From Takakia lepidozioides (taxonomy: Eukaryota; Plantae; Bryophyta): DNA of 64,000 nt. Of the stretch, positions 32,640-46,039 are shown one piece after another (the stretch's first letter is position 1; each line of letters starts with the position of its first letter). Both the position numbers and the translations under genes were made by a program. The notes beneath the pieces were generated by a model. The model searched no databases. It saw only the letters and a program-made list of their open reading frames with translations, and was not told the DNA's origin. The stretch lies in NCBI GenBank assembly GCA_030704615.1, contig CM060733.1, positions 43,648,001 through 43,712,000 on the forward strand. The letters run 5' to 3'.

Positions 32640-35219
32640 GGCCTGTTTTAAACTCAATGGTTAATTTCAAAGATACTGCTTGGTACACCTAAAGCAGCCA
32701 TTATGTAATCTGAAAAGCCATCAAGCCAAAACAGCTTAGACAGTTTGTTTTAAACTCAGAGAGTAGTTCCAAAAACCTGCTTCATAACTCAGACCAGATG
32801 GTGGTAATTTGGCAAAGCCCTTCAATACATCTGCTTGGTATTCTTCAAGCTAAAATAGTATGAATATATCTGCCTTAAACAAGTTAAAACAGTAAAACCA
32901 GATCTGTTTCAGACTCAAAGGATGGTTTCAAAGGCATAGCTTGGCAACCTTAAAACAGATGTTATGTAATCTGAAAAGCCCGTCATGCCAGGTGCTTGGC
33001 CTGTTTTAAACTCAACGCTTAATTTCAAAGATGCTGCTTGGTACCTAAAGCAGCCAGTATGCAGTCTGAAAAGCCATCGAGCCAAAACAGCTTAGACATT
33101 CTGTTTTAAATTCAGAACGTAGTTCCAAAGGCCTGCTTGATAAATCAGACCAGACAGCATGTAATTTGCTCAAAGGGTGGTTCCAAAGGCATTGCTTGGT
33201 AACCTTAAAACATATGTTATGTAATATGAAAAGCCCATCATGCCAGCAGCTTGGTAATCTCTAAGTTAGAACAGTGTAGTCCTGACTGTTTTAGTCTTAG
33301 AACTCTAACCTCAATGTCCAAAAAGTACTCCCTGGTACTTACCATGTTAAAACAACATAAGAAGGGACGTTTTAAGCATCACTGGATAGCTTTAGGTCTG
33401 GAGATGTTACTCCAACACCATATCAATATGATGCCAAAGTTCATACTGGTATCATGCTAGAAAAACTGACTTATAATCAGGTTAAAAACCCCGAGTCTTA
33501 ATAGAACGCCTGTATAGCTCAGCACATTGCCATATTGTTCAACAGAAGGAGTTGGTTGCAATCATAAAAAAACAAAAAGAAATCGTATCGGATGCCCCAC
33601 TGAAGCAGTATTCAGCGTCAATCGTCACCATCGCCAAGTCTTTTGATCATCCGCAAACTGAAAAATACATATTAAGTGCAGACCCTCACCTGTGCCCGTC
33701 CCCAAAACCACCACATCAAGATGGGTGTTAGTGAGGATGCACCAAGTGAGTAGTAGGTCTTCACAGTTGCTATCCATGTCCAACATGCATTCTACAGTGA
33801 GCAAATTGATCAAAAGAAGAACAAAGATGCAACACCACTAACCTGCCTATATTGCTTGAAAGTATTCTCATTGCGACAGATTGTATTCTTTATATCAACA
33901 ATGAGTTTCGCCTGCTCGACATTCTCTGCCTCTGCCTTCATTAATATCTCCCCTTGTCTGTTAACTTCTAATGTAGTGTGCTGAAGAGTAGTTGTGAGTG
34001 TAGCACATTGTATGGCCATCCTCTCATGTAATGTCTGCAACTCCGTATGTAGTGCATTCACTTCTTGCAACTTGCTCTCATGCCTCACCTGCATTTGGTA
34101 TAGTTGTTGCTTATGTGCTTCGTGCAACTGGTCCTGCGCGAGGCCTGCTTCAATCAAGTGTTCATTGGCCAACTGCAAAGCGGCTTTTGTATTCTCTAAC
34201 TCTTGCTGTAACTTGAGAGTGACCTCCTCATCGACCTTGTTTGCACACTCAGTGGCAAGTCGAGCCTCAAACTCCTTCCTGAGTTCCTCCCTCAAAGCTG
34301 CCAATTGGGTAGATGGAACATGGGATTTCACATAAGTGCCCCCAACAAATTAAGTGTCCTGCTTATGGAACTCATAAGCATGGCCTGCTGAGGGTCATCA
34401 TGGTGAGCTTGCTGCTGTTCTCCCTGATCCTCAACAGTGTGATGCCTCACGAACCATTCAGACCATTGCCCCACCAGATTTTCTTCCTGAACCACCTCAT
34501 CCGCCTCAAGTGCTGCAGTGTCTTGATATTCTACCCCTGGTTACCTCCGTCACAGGTGTGGGTATTACATGCACAGCAGGGTTTCCCCTGGACAACCGCT
34601 GCACCTCTGGAATCACTGATTCCCTTACCAAGCCAGAATTTTCATAGAGAAGGTCACCCTTCTCAATTTCGGCCACGACCTGCTCTGTAGTGGGAATGTC
34701 CAACCTTTCTCCTTCCAGAGCAATTGGGGGTGATGCCACAGCATATACTAACTGTGGAACCTCTAAAACAACAGAGTCAATTGGTTGTGGTGGCTGTGAC
34801 ATCAAAGTGACTTCCTCTTCCCTCTCTGAAGGCCCTGCTTCCAATAATAGCAGCTCTCTGTGCTGCTGTGCCCCATCCTGCACAAGAGCTTGGGAAACAT
34901 TATCGTGCGGTTTCCGTGAAGCCAGTGGATCCGCCACTACAGTCTTACCCCGCCTCTGTCTCTTAGACTAGTGTTGCGCTGCCAGTCCACCCTCACTGTG
35001 TGAAGAGCCTTGCTCTTCAATTGCAGTGGTTTCTGCCTCAAACACTCCCATCTCCTTACGTTCCCGAGTATCAAGTATGCAAGAATCAAGAATTATCTAG
35101 GCAATGACTGGACCGGACACAATGATTGGAGACTTAGCAGCAGTTCCCTGTAACCTCTTCATCTCGTCCACCAATCCATTGTACATTAACTCCGCCCAAG
35201 CGACATCCTCTCCTCAAAG
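32640..35219 (-). mobile_element. Fragment of a Gypsy accessory-ORF region (coiled-coil ORF) plus degenerate ~360-bp repeats
   Basis: 33840-35219 is homologous to 42110-43470 (LAALREELRKEFEARLATECANKVDEE). 32810-33810 is an inverted copy of 38425-39415. Confidence 0.65.
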
Positions 35220-37389
35220 GGGGGCTGCTATTTCATGAGCGGCATGAGCATGAGCGGGAAAAAAAAAAGCATGAGCGGGCCATTGTCTGTCCACGGAAAT
35301 AGGGTTAGGAGGCACGGAAATAGGGTCATGTGGACTCGTCATAGCAATGAAATGCAACATTTTATTGCAAATTTTGTGGCAAGCCACGTCTATACAAGTG
35401 TGTCATAACTGTCATAGCAGGAATGGGAAAACTACTCTCCTACACCTTCCGAGGAACTTGGCCCTCCTTCTTCCTCATCCCCCTCATCCCCCCATCCTCC
35501 GAGCTCTGTGATGCATCGGTTGCAGTATGCCTCTCAAAAATGCCGTCCTCTCCTTGGGGGACTGTCCACCTCACCTCCTGGGAATCTTCTGCCTCGTCCC
35601 CCACTTTCCTCAGCAGAATCCAAGACAAATCTACGAGCCCGACGGGCTCTAATAGCTGCTGCCTCCTCCCTCATCTTCATTTTCTTGAGGCTTGCCTCAT
35701 CTAAATCTGCTGTACACGACTAGGTTCGGAACACCTCCTAATGGACACCGAAGCAAGCCGGGCAGCATAAGTAGGAAGGATATAGTCCCTTTCTCGACTA
35801 GGCATGAAATCCCCCTGGCAAAAAAATGCACGTTCCTCCTGCCCATGAACTCCGGTGTAGACGTCCCTCCTGCCGTACTTGGCATCCTACAGTAAGAACA
35901 AATCCACTTCAAGAATGTCAATACCAGCAGAAGCAGAAAGGGTTTTCAATGAAATAAGAGAGCGAAGGGAGGTGCCTCATGAAATCTGGAGGCAACTTAC
36001 AATGCGACCACTCACTCGTACACCGGGGGCTCCTCGGCCTCGATCCCAACTTGTTCCTCCCCCTGCTCCTTCTCGGATTTTTCCTCATCCTCCGAGGATG
36101 CCTCTTCCTCTTTTGGCAGACGTTCAGCCGCTGCAAGTTCCGAGTTGTGGAGGGCAGTATCTGGCTCGAAGGCGAACACATGCCTATCGGACAACGTCCC
36201 TGCCCACATTGAAGCACCTGAGGAACAAAGCGGGCGGTTAATAGCTTGCGGCATGCAATTGCAATCGGGCCAGGGGACAAACTGAGCACGTGAAGGCTTA
36301 CCCGTGCCGCATGTGAGGTCCACAATCCGCCCTTGGACATCCGAGCACGTCTCCATGAGGGTTTGGATGAAAGCAGGGCTCCGGGTCCGGCTGTACCGCC
36401 ACGGTTTGCCTGTCTTTGTGTCCTTCGGCATACTGGAGTGGGGCACATAGTTGTAGAGGACATCGTAGGTAACAGGGTCCACAGCGGCATCAACAAGACG
36501 ACCGTCGTTGCGGAATTTGAACGTAGACCCTCTCTTCACAAAGCAATATGCCTCAAACACCAATGTCTGCACATCCAACAAAAGAGGGATCAACTCCGGG
36601 ATCTAGTTTAGATACACCACAATATGAGGTGAATGCAATAGATTGATAACTTACACTTTGGCCCTCTGTTCGCAACCCCTGTGTATTGATGCAGAACCAT
36701 TTTCTGAGGAGGACCGGGGTGACACTTTTTGGTGTCCATCTTGCCACCGCATTCTCTGTGGTCTTCCCTCTCGTGGCAAGGACAACCACACATCCACCGT
36801 CATCCAGGAGCATCCCCGCGAGCCCAAACCCGGCTTTCCAGTAGTCCTCAGTAAACCTGTTCCAGGTGGGCACACCATCCAGGCCCTCCAGCAGCTCCCC
36901 ATCTGGAATGTCGAGGAGAATCATATCGCAAGCTCTCTCCACCTCAAACCCCCCCCCCCCGAGTGCTCTTGCAATCCATGCTCACAACCGTGAAGAATTC
37001 CATCATGGCTTCAAAACCAGGGGTGTCTTTAGGCTCTGTACCGGCAGCCCTCTTGGCTTTCCCCTTCTGCTCCGCCAAAGACTTGCTGTGTGCCACATTC
37101 TTTGCCCTGGCAGCGAGAGCGTCAAGGAAGCTCTCATTGACGCATTGGATGATGGTTGGAGGTTCTAGCTTTGGCCTGTGCGAAAACATCACCGCCGAAT
37201 ACTGCCGTTAGGCTCGCCCTCAAATGCCAACTTCTTGGTAGAGCCAGTCCCACTCCGAACTGACTTGGGAACCGGACGACCGGTGACTTGGTAGCAGCAA
37301 CAACAGTCGCAGGACCTTCAACAAAGTCGTCGTCCGAGTCACTCCTTGGGTCCCCTCCTGCACCTCCTCCGATGCCCCGATGGTTTTCA
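35220..37389. mobile_element. Partial family-A element: left TIR and methyltransferase exons (gene on minus strand)
   Basis: Near-identical to 18522-20705. Retains DMILLDIPDG and GRIVDLTCGTG. Truncated at ~37389 by Gypsy LTR-like sequence. Confidence 0.9.
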
Positions 37390-37634
37390 GCTATTAGTCA
37401 ATACAATTTTTATTTTATTTTTTTGAAAACTATATTATCTCGAATGAATGAAGTAAATGCGAAGGGTACAGAGAGTCATTATGAGTGTACAAAGCGTCGC
37501 CGTTTGTCACAGCCGATAGATTGGGTCGAGACGGTTAGTTCTTTATGGTTGTAGGACGATCGTAGCCATATATGACAGCTGTTAGGTTAAGCCATCACGT
37601 GCGATAGATAGGAGTGGGGCCCTTCTTGCCATTT
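37388..37634 (+). mobile_element. Gypsy LTR-like fragment (family at 52530)
   Basis: TCAGCTATTAGTCAAT...CCTTCTTGCCATTT matches 52536-52782. Confidence 0.75.
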
Positions 37635-38424
37635 GAAGAACACCTGTAATTTTTGAACTCTTGCCAAGTTTGAATTATGTTGTGCCAATGTTCACTCGTA
37701 ATCTGAGAGCAGAGAGAATGCAGGCCTTTTATCCATTTGGTATTCAAGTCCAAGGATAGAACTACATTGTAGAGGGAGAGCCTTATGAGAATGGGTCTGG
37801 TATGCGCACTCCCTTACGGAGTGAGTGCATACCAAACTCACTCCATAAGGGACTGCCATACCAGGGGTTGGATGGTGGGTGCCCCCTCTCTCCCTCTCTC
37901 CAATTATCTGTTTGGGATTAACAATTTTTTTCCTAAGCCTATCTGGTTTGGAAATACTTCTTTCTAATCCCTAATGGAATATGTTTTGGATTTCATCCAT
38001 ACCGGATGAAAACTATGCCAGGTACACTCCCTAACTGGATGATTTATTGTCTTGAACTTTACCACCGAGGATGTAACTCGTGCTTGTTTTCTCTGGTGGA
38101 GGGCGATCATGGCGGCTGAGTGCTCGAGCAGCACGGCCTGCGCACGCTTTGTTTTTTTAATGCGCGATGGCGGCAGGTACTTCCATTTCCCGTGCTGGCA
38201 AACGACCTACTGCTGTGTTTGCCTGCAATCTTTCGCATTCGTGAAGCAGCGGCGCTCTTAAGGAGATGGGGGAAGTTAACTTGCACTTTGTAAAGATGCA
38301 ATTTTCCTCAAGTCTCCCATTTTGTTGCATTCTATTGTGATCTCTTGAGATTCAGATGTTGAACGCCGCAGCGTCCCACTCCACAAACGATTAAGGTTCT
38401 TAGTGGTGTCGCATCTCTGTTCTT

Positions 38425-39415
38425 CTTTGATCAATTTGCTCACAGTAGAATGCACGTTGAGCAATTGTGAAGACCTGCTACTCACCTGGTGCATCCTCAC
38501 TAACACCCATCTTGATGTGGTGGTTTTGGGGACGGGCACAGGTGAGGGTCTTCACTTAATATGTATTTTTGAACAGTTTGCAGATGATCAAAAGACTTGG
38601 CGATGGTGACGATTGACGCTGAATACCGCTTAAGGGGCATCCGATACGATTCCTTTTTTGTTTTTTTATGATTGCAACCAACTGCTTCTGTTGAACAATA
38701 TGGCAATCTGCTGAGCTTTATAGAATACACACGTTCTATTAAGACTCGGGGTTTTTAACCTGATTATAAGTCAGTTTTTCTAGCATGATACCAGTATGAA
38801 CTTTGGCATCATATTGATATGGTGCTGGAGTAACATCTCCAGACCTAAAGCTATCCAGTGATGCTTAAAACGTCCTTCTTATGTTGTTTTAACATGGTAA
38901 GTACCAAGGAGTACATTGAGGTTAGAGTTCTAAGACTAAAACAGTCATGACTACACTGTTCGAACTTAGAGATTACCAAGCTGCTGGCATGATGGGCTTT
39001 TCAGATTACATAACATCTGTTTTAAGGTTGCCAAGCAATGCCTTTGGAACCACCCTTTGAGCAAATTACAGGCTGTGTATGGTCTGATTTATCAAGCAGG
39101 TCTTTGGAACTACGTTCTGAATTTAAAACAGAATGTCTAAGCTGTTTTGGCTCTTCAGACTACATACTGGCTGCTTTAGGTGTACCAAGCAGCATCTTTG
39201 AAATTAACCGTTGAGTTTAAAACAGGCCAAGCACCTGGCGTGACGGGCTTTTCAGATTACATAACATCTGTTTTAAGGTTGCCAAGCTATGCCTTGGAAC
39301 CACCCTTTGAGTCTGAAACAGATCTGGTTTTACTGTTTTAACTTGTTTAAGGCAGATATATTCATATCGTTTTTAGCTTGAAGAATACCAAGCAGATGTA
39401 TTGAAGGGCTTTGCC
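38425..39415. repeat. Inverted duplicate of 32810-33810
   Basis: Identical translated segments on opposite strands (CEDLLLTWCILTNTHLDVVVLGTGTGEG) and matching nucleotide blocks. Confidence 0.85.
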
Positions 39416-42400
39416 TTGAGGGTACTTGTCGCGCGGCTTTTACTCACCCATCCCTTTGCTATCCGAGGCGGAAACTCCAAGATAGAAGAGTTGGAAATCT
39501 CTAAGTACTCAGCCCGCTCAGAACAATCAGTCATGACCTACAGCTAGTGTATCATGGGGGTGTTTCCTATTTGTTTTCCTTCTCACATTCATGTTAGCTA
39601 GTTATCTTACTGTTGGTAATTAAGTATCAGTTTGCTTCATCAATCTATCGGATTCCATCAACTCATCCATTCATTCCACAGCTTCACTCAGATCTCTCTA
39701 CATAGTGTGAGTATGAAGTGTGTATCAGATTAATATCTATCAAGTATCAGGCTGAAGCCATGGAGTCTCTAATCTGCTCTACATTACAATTCTACTGCCT
39801 GCATTCATTAAGCATCAACAGATCGTCCTCCTCCTACTCCGTGCTCTCCCTCTTTCTGCTCAGAGATACGCTCTCTGCCTCATTTCTCCCAGTGATGTCC
39901 GAAGTCCCCCCGAGCAGTGATTCCCCTAGAAGTGATCCAAGAATTGATCCTTTTCCAGTCCTTGCTCCTAGCTTTATCTTCCTACCCGTTGTTCTAACCG
40001 TTTCCCTCACTAACCGTCATCCGTGAACTAACATGTTCCATTCGCAGGTGTTGTTCCCCACAGTCGTTCCCTGTTCTACTATCTGTTCCCTATGGTCGTG
40101 ACAGCTGTGTCAAGCTGTGACTGGCTGTGTGAAACTGTGACCGGCTGTGGCTGTGTGTCTGTGTGGGCGGCGGGCGGCTGTGACGAGCTGTGCCGGACTG
40201 TGACGGGCTGTGTTGGCTGTGACGAGCTGTGCGGACTGTGAACGGGCTGTGTAAACCCCCCCCTAAAGTGCGTTGTTGTCACCCCTAAGGCTCCTGTTGG
40301 TCTCAGTCTGTTCAAAAATTAAGGGTACCCCACAGATCTAGTAAAAGTGTCTAAGTCCAAACAGTCCTCCAACATTACCCCTTCCCTCTCAAAAAGCCGT
40401 GTCCTCACGGTTTACTGATTGGGATTAGCAAACCTTTGTGAGCGAGCACCTTTCTGACGTTGAGAGTTTCGTGGCGGACTGTGTACGAGCCCGAGGTCTG
40501 TCACTGGTTGACGGAGATGATTGAACACTACCTGGATATGTAAGGCCCTCTGGAGGCTGATATCGAGGTAATCTTTCAGGCATAGGAGACCCCGTCGTTT
40601 TCTCTCTGCCATCTGAATTGCATAGTCTTCTCCCATGTCAAAAGAGTCCGCTGAAGAAACAGTTGTATCAGAATCCTCATCGCCTCTCAGGTGTTTTAAC
40701 TGCCAAGCTTTTGGTGGAATCCTCTGGGGCATACAATGTTGTCCTACCATGTCTGGAAGTTTAAACTTTAAAACTTGCTGTAAACGCTGAATGGTAAAAT
40801 TGGTGAAGACCCTGAGCTCCTTGTCTGTCCAGGTGAGTGGGGTACCAATGACTTGGGAATTGTGCAAGTATTTCCATGCCTCATGTCCCTTAAAGAAAAT
40901 ATCGTCAGGGCCAAATTTCTGCGTTGACAAATTGTTCCAGGCCGCTTGAAACCATGAACGAATTTGAGAATCCTTTTGCATCATAACTTTTGCCTCATAT
41001 AGGTACATATGAGGTGGCACTGAAGGTAAGACCCAATGATCCCCACTGGAATAACTCAGAAAGCGCGATTGCATCTTGTGCTGCTCAATGTGATAACGTA
41101 CCAGAAAAAAAGTAGCGTAGTATAACCCGCAGCCCATGACAATACTTGCTACCTCCTTGGTCTTGGTATAAATGAATCCATGTACAATTTGGAAGGCAAT
41201 TAATTCCTTCAACATGGTACCTGCCTCATGCCAGTATTGTGCAAAGTGATGATCCTCTATTGGTCGATTGTTCGGAAGAACTTTAGTCCTAGTTGCCACT
41301 GGAAGCCAAATGTGCATGATTTGATAGTAATGTGCTAATGATTGCGGAGGACTAAATTCTTTCCAAGCCAAATCCAACACAATGGGAATTTGGTTGAAGG
41401 GCATAATCATAGCCCTACTGTACTCCCTTGCAGCTGGAGTCTTAGGTGGGTTAAAAGCAGCATTCCCCCATACCTCAGGCTGTGGTGGCTGTGGTGTGGC
41501 TGTATTAACAACAGGGTCAGCTATTGGCACAGTGACTTGTTCTGGTGTTGGTGGTACTGGCTCTTGTATCATTGGCATCTCCTGCACCTCTGTGAAGAAG
41601 ACTGAAAAGCCAAAGTTTTGGCTTGTAAATAAGAAGCCATTAGCTATTCCTTAGGTATACAGACTCTCTTGTCGATTTGAAGTGAGGTCCTCCACTTGAG
41701 TCTGCAGGCCGTCTACATCCTCTTGTAACTCCGCTATCCTACTATAGACATTGTCTATAGTAGTTGTGGCAATGTTATGCACTTGCAGCCTGAGCTCATT
41801 CATCTCGCTTTGGGTGAGCTTTCGTGGTGCTTTGCCCTCCACTGGCCCTTGTGCTAACCAGACCTGCATAAGGTGGTTATCCACACAAGTTGCTTGTGGT
41901 TCCTCTGAGAGTGTGCTCCTCTCTGAGTTTGTACACATCTAACTGCTGTTGTAAAACCTCCATGCGCTTCGCATGAGGTTCAACCAAATTCGCATAGGCA
42001 GCAAGTAGATTATTGGCTTCCTTCCAAGCCTTGTTAGTGACCGAGATTTCATTTCTATTGGCCATGACCGTTTGTTGCAACCCAGGATGGGCCTCTCTTG
42101 GTCAGCTTCAAACCTGCCTGTATTGCTTGAAAGTATCCTCATTGCGACAGATGTATTTCTTCATATCGACAATGAGTTTCATTTGCTCAACTTCTTCTTC
42201 TTCTGCCTTCGTACATCTTCCGCTTGACTGTTTATTTCTTTGTAGATTGGTCAAGCATAGTTTTGAGTGTAGCACATTGTATGGCCATCCTGTCATGCAC
42301 TGTCTGCAACTCCATATGTAGTGCATTCACTTCTTGCAACTTGCTTTCATGCTCATCTACATTGGTATAGCTGTTGCTTGTGCTTCGTGCAAGTGGTCTT

Positions 42401-45130
42401 GTGCGAGGCCTGCCTCAATCAATTGTTCCTTGGCCAATTGCAAAGCCGCTTCTGTACTCTCTAAGTCTTGCTGCATCTTGTGAGTGACCTCTTCATCGAC
42501 CTTGTTTGCACACTCTGTGGCAAGTCGAGCCTCAAACTCTTTCCTGAGTTCCTCCCTCAAAGCTGCCAATTGAGTAGTGGGAACATGTGATTTGACATAA
42601 GTACCCAACAAATTAAGTGTCATGTTTATGGAACTCATAAGCATCGCCTGTTGAGGGTCATCTTGGTGAGCTTGCTGTTTTCTCCCTGATCCTCAGCAGT
42701 GTGATGCCTTACGAACCACTAAGGCCATTGCCCCACCATATTTTCTTCCTGAACCACTACATCCGTCACTGGTGCTGCAGTGTCTTGGCATTCTACCTGT
42801 GGTACCTCCGTCACAGGGTGTGTGTATTATATGCGCCGCAGGGTTTCCTTAGACAACCATTGCACCTCCGGAATCACTGTGTCCTTGACCATACCAGAAT
42901 ATTCATAGAGAAGGTCCCCCTTCTCAATTTCTGCCACCATCTGTTCTGTAGTGGGAATATCTAACCCTTCTTTTTCTAAATCATTATTTCTGGTTGAACT
43001 GCATGGACAACTTGTGGTAACCTTGTGACAAGCCGATCCTCTGGCTGCTGTGATACTGAAGTAACTTTCCTCTTCCCTCTCTGAAGGTCCTGCTTCCAGT
43101 TAATAGCAGTTCTTTGTGCTGCTGTGCCCCTTCCTGCAAAAAACTTGGGAAACATTATCATGCGGATTCCGTGAAGCCAGTGGATCCGCACTACAACAGT
43201 CTTTCCCCCCTCTGTCTCTTATTCTCGGGTTGCCTGCCAGTCCACCCTCACTGTGTGAAGAGCCTTGCTCTTCCATTGCAGTGGTTTCTGGCTCAAACAT
43301 CCCTTCTCCTTTCTTCTCGAGCATCAAGTATGCCAGAATCAAAAATTATTTGAGCAATGGGTTGGGCCAGACACTATGATAGGGAGATTTTGCGACAGTA
43401 CCCTGTAATCTTTTCATCTCCTCTACCCAGTGCGTTGTACATTATGTCCGCCCATTCTACCTCTTCTCCTCTCAGGGCTTTGAGTATTTCTTCTGTGAAG
43501 GATCTGCTCAAATACTGCTGGTTCTGTTTCATGGCAAACAGAACGTTCAATACCTGGCCTACCTCCCTTAGCCCTGGTACACGGCCTTGGTACAAGCATA
43601 ACCTTGAGTTTTAAAAAAACCCCTTCTTGGAATAAGTCCCCTATTGCAGTCTTGCCCTGTGCTCCTCCACATGCACTTGACCTGCTGGCAATCGAAACAA
43701 TTGCTGTAGGTATAGGGGAGTAATTACTAATTCAACTCCCTTCACCGTTGTTGCTCCTGTCTTTGGCTCAAAGTTCTGCAAGAATTGTAACATGTACTGT
43801 CTATGGTGCAATGTCCAATCTTTGCTTTGCAATCCTTGCAATCGCAGCTCCTTCAGTAACTGTACCGCCTGTGGAGTAGCAATCGTTTGTTTCTGCAGGA
43901 TTGTGGTCCTCCGTTCCTCTCACTCTCTTCATTCTAGACCCACAGAAATGTTTTGGCTGTAACAATTGAAGAAATGCTTGCAGGGCACAAAGCATAAACG
44001 TATGGTTGCCACAAAAAGCTATGGGTAATTTCTTGTAAGCCTGCGGGGCTTGCAAGCATCGATCAAGAGAAAAGATTTGCTCTGTTCTTTCGTCCCTATG
44101 CCACTGCGTAAGTAATATTGCGAGCGTATAGTCTGTTAGTTCCTCCATAGCTTCAAAGCTATAGCATTGATGGTTGTCCCGTCAAGACGCCCGTTACTTA
44201 GAACGACGCCGACTCTTGCGCTTAAATTCCCTCCAATTTCTTGATCTCCTTTTCTGGCTTTCGATTGGCTGTAACCGCTGTGACTGGATTTTAGATTTAA
44301 TTTCTTTAGTGGACTTTCCCTGCGGACTGTCCACTAGGATAACACATGTGACAAGAATTTCGCTTTTCCGTACTTGCCGTTTGTTCCGTTGCCCTTTTTT
44401 CCGTATTCATTAATGGGCCCCGCCATTCATCCGAATTGACGCGCTAAGTAGATACTTTGACGGCCATTCTTGTCCTTTTTGATGACACCTGTTCTTGCAC
44501 TTCCTTCTCAGCTGCGTGTCGCGCCCTGACTTCCACGTGTCCATTTCTAAACTGGCTTCCGTCCTTTCTTTCGCCGGCCATTTCCCTGAAGTTATCCTGC
44601 GTCCACCTGTCACTGATTCTATGGATTGTGTAACCCTAGTAGGCTGTGTTGAGCTGTGACAGGCTGTGTCATATTGTGGTACGCTGTGATAGGCTGTGAT
44701 GCACTGTGGTAGCTGTGATAGGCTGTGTTGCGCCGTGCTGGGCTGTGATATGTTGTGTCGCGCCGTGTGGGCTGTGATAGGCTGTGTCACCATGATATAG
44801 GCTGTGTACGTAGAGGGATGGGCTGTGATAGTTTGTGTCTCGTCGTGATGGGCTGTGATAGGCTGTGTTACGCTTGTTCTGCCCCCCTGGTCATATATGC
44901 TCGGCCTAGCGACAAGTGCTCCATACTCCGTTGGTAACACTGGCGCAACCCGTGACTGCTCTTGCGTTTCAACACGCAAATCATGCTGCAATGGTTTGTC
45001 ATGGATACCACTGTACCCCTTCAACTTATTGGCATTGACTCTTCCCAGCATTTCTTTGTTAATGGTTTGGAACATGGCGGTGTTGTTATCATACATCTTT
45101 TGTATGACATAAGGTCCTTTCCATGGTGAT
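39416..45130 (-). mobile_element. 3' part of a non-chromoviral (Athila/Tat-like) Gypsy: integrase tail, GCTGTGA repeat spacer, large accessory ORF, PPT and partial LTR
   Basis: WKGPYVIQKMYDNN...RVNANKLKGY at ~45125-45010. PPT GAGAGGGAAGGGG followed by TAA-TGTTGG, with the LTR starting at 40374. GGCTGTGA repeats at 40100-40255 and 44630-44870. Confidence 0.7.
40412..41587 (-). CDS. Uncharacterised 391-aa open segment; C-terminal part of a retrotransposon accessory ORF
   Basis: A long ORF ending just before the PPT. Probably continuous, via frameshifts, with upstream segments back to ~43850. Confidence 0.6.
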   Translation of the reverse strand: MQEMPMIQEPVPPTPEQVTVPIADPVVNTATPQPPQPEVWGNAAFNPPKTPAAREYSRAMIMPFNQIPIVLDLAWKEFSPPQSLAHYYQIMHIWLPVATRTKVLPNNRPIEDHHFAQYWHEAGTMLKELIAFQIVHGFIYTKTKEVASIVMGCGLYYATFFLVRYHIEQHKMQSRFLSYSSGDHWVLPSVPPHMYLYEAKVMMQKDSQIRSWFQAAWNNLSTQKFGPDDIFFKGHEAWKYLHNSQVIGTPLTWTDKELRVFTNFTIQRLQQVLKFKLPDMVGQHCMPQRIPPKAWQLKHLRGDEDSDTTVSSADSFDMGEDYAIQMAERKRRGLLCLKDYLDISLQRALHIQVVFNHLRQPVTDLGLVHSPPRNSQRQKGARSQRFANPNQ

Positions 45131-45355
45131 TTAAGCTTTTCTCCGAGAGGTGAGGAAAGTCATCGGGATGGTGAAGAAAGCTGTGCAGCAGTCTTTGCCG
45201 GGAGCAGTTTTCAATGATGGCGGGGGAGTTGCGAGGGGGAGAATTAATTTGATTCTGGGCGGTCGTGAGCAGAGAGCACAGTGGAGACAGTCCGGGATGT
45301 TAGAGTTCTTGTTATTGTCTGCGAAGAGTCTGCCAAAGGCCAGAATGGCCACGGT

Positions 45356-45530
45356 GGGGCTGCTATTTCATGAGCTATGAGCCATGAGCGGCATGAGCCA
45401 TGAGCAGAGTCGTAAGTGTGGAAAAAACATGAGCAGCACTATTTTCCGGAAATGAGTGTCCGCGGGAATAGGGTTTAGGGTGCCACGGTCATAGGGGAGA
45501 AGGACCTCCCGATGAAGGAGGTTCGGCAAT
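45356..45530 (+). mobile_element. Left terminus of another member of the MULE family
   Basis: GGGGCTGCTATTTCATGAGCTATGAGCCATGAGCGGCATGAGC...GGAATAGGGTTTAGG starts exactly where the Gypsy ORF sequence (ATGGCCACGGT|) breaks off. Confidence 0.75.
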
Positions 45531-46039
45531 GTTATTTAGAATTATATATTGAAAGGCAATGTTTCGCGAATGGTAGGGTGGTACTGCTCTGTACAATGGG
45601 GGCCCATTTCAGCCTACCAGCCACTTGCAAAATCCACCCACACTCCCAATCCCAAATGAAATGAGCAATGACGCATTCTAGGAACGATGGACACAGAATA
45701 GAATAAAAGAGGGCACAATGAGGTTTTTGTTGATCCACATGAAATTGCATTTGAAGCACGTCTACTGTGCTGATTGTGCAATCAAATCTTTAGCCCTGTG
45801 CCTACTGAATACAAGTCACGTTGTCAATGGGACTTCGACTGCTCTCAGAACTAGCTCATGAGTCATGGGGCTCCTCCATGTAAAGTCGATTGCAGCCGTT
45901 GTACCGCCCCTAGTGATGTTCACCACAATGTCCTGCCCTTCAATCATACCACCATCGAATATGGAAATCTTCACGTTTTCGTCGTCCACACCAATGCGAA
46001 TGTCCCCATACAATGGAGAAGAGGAGCGCACTCCTTGAG

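Noticed and set aside
45816-46031. 71-aa frame near the TIR at 45356
   Set aside because: It could be the end of a cargo gene but has no recognisable motif and is too short to call.
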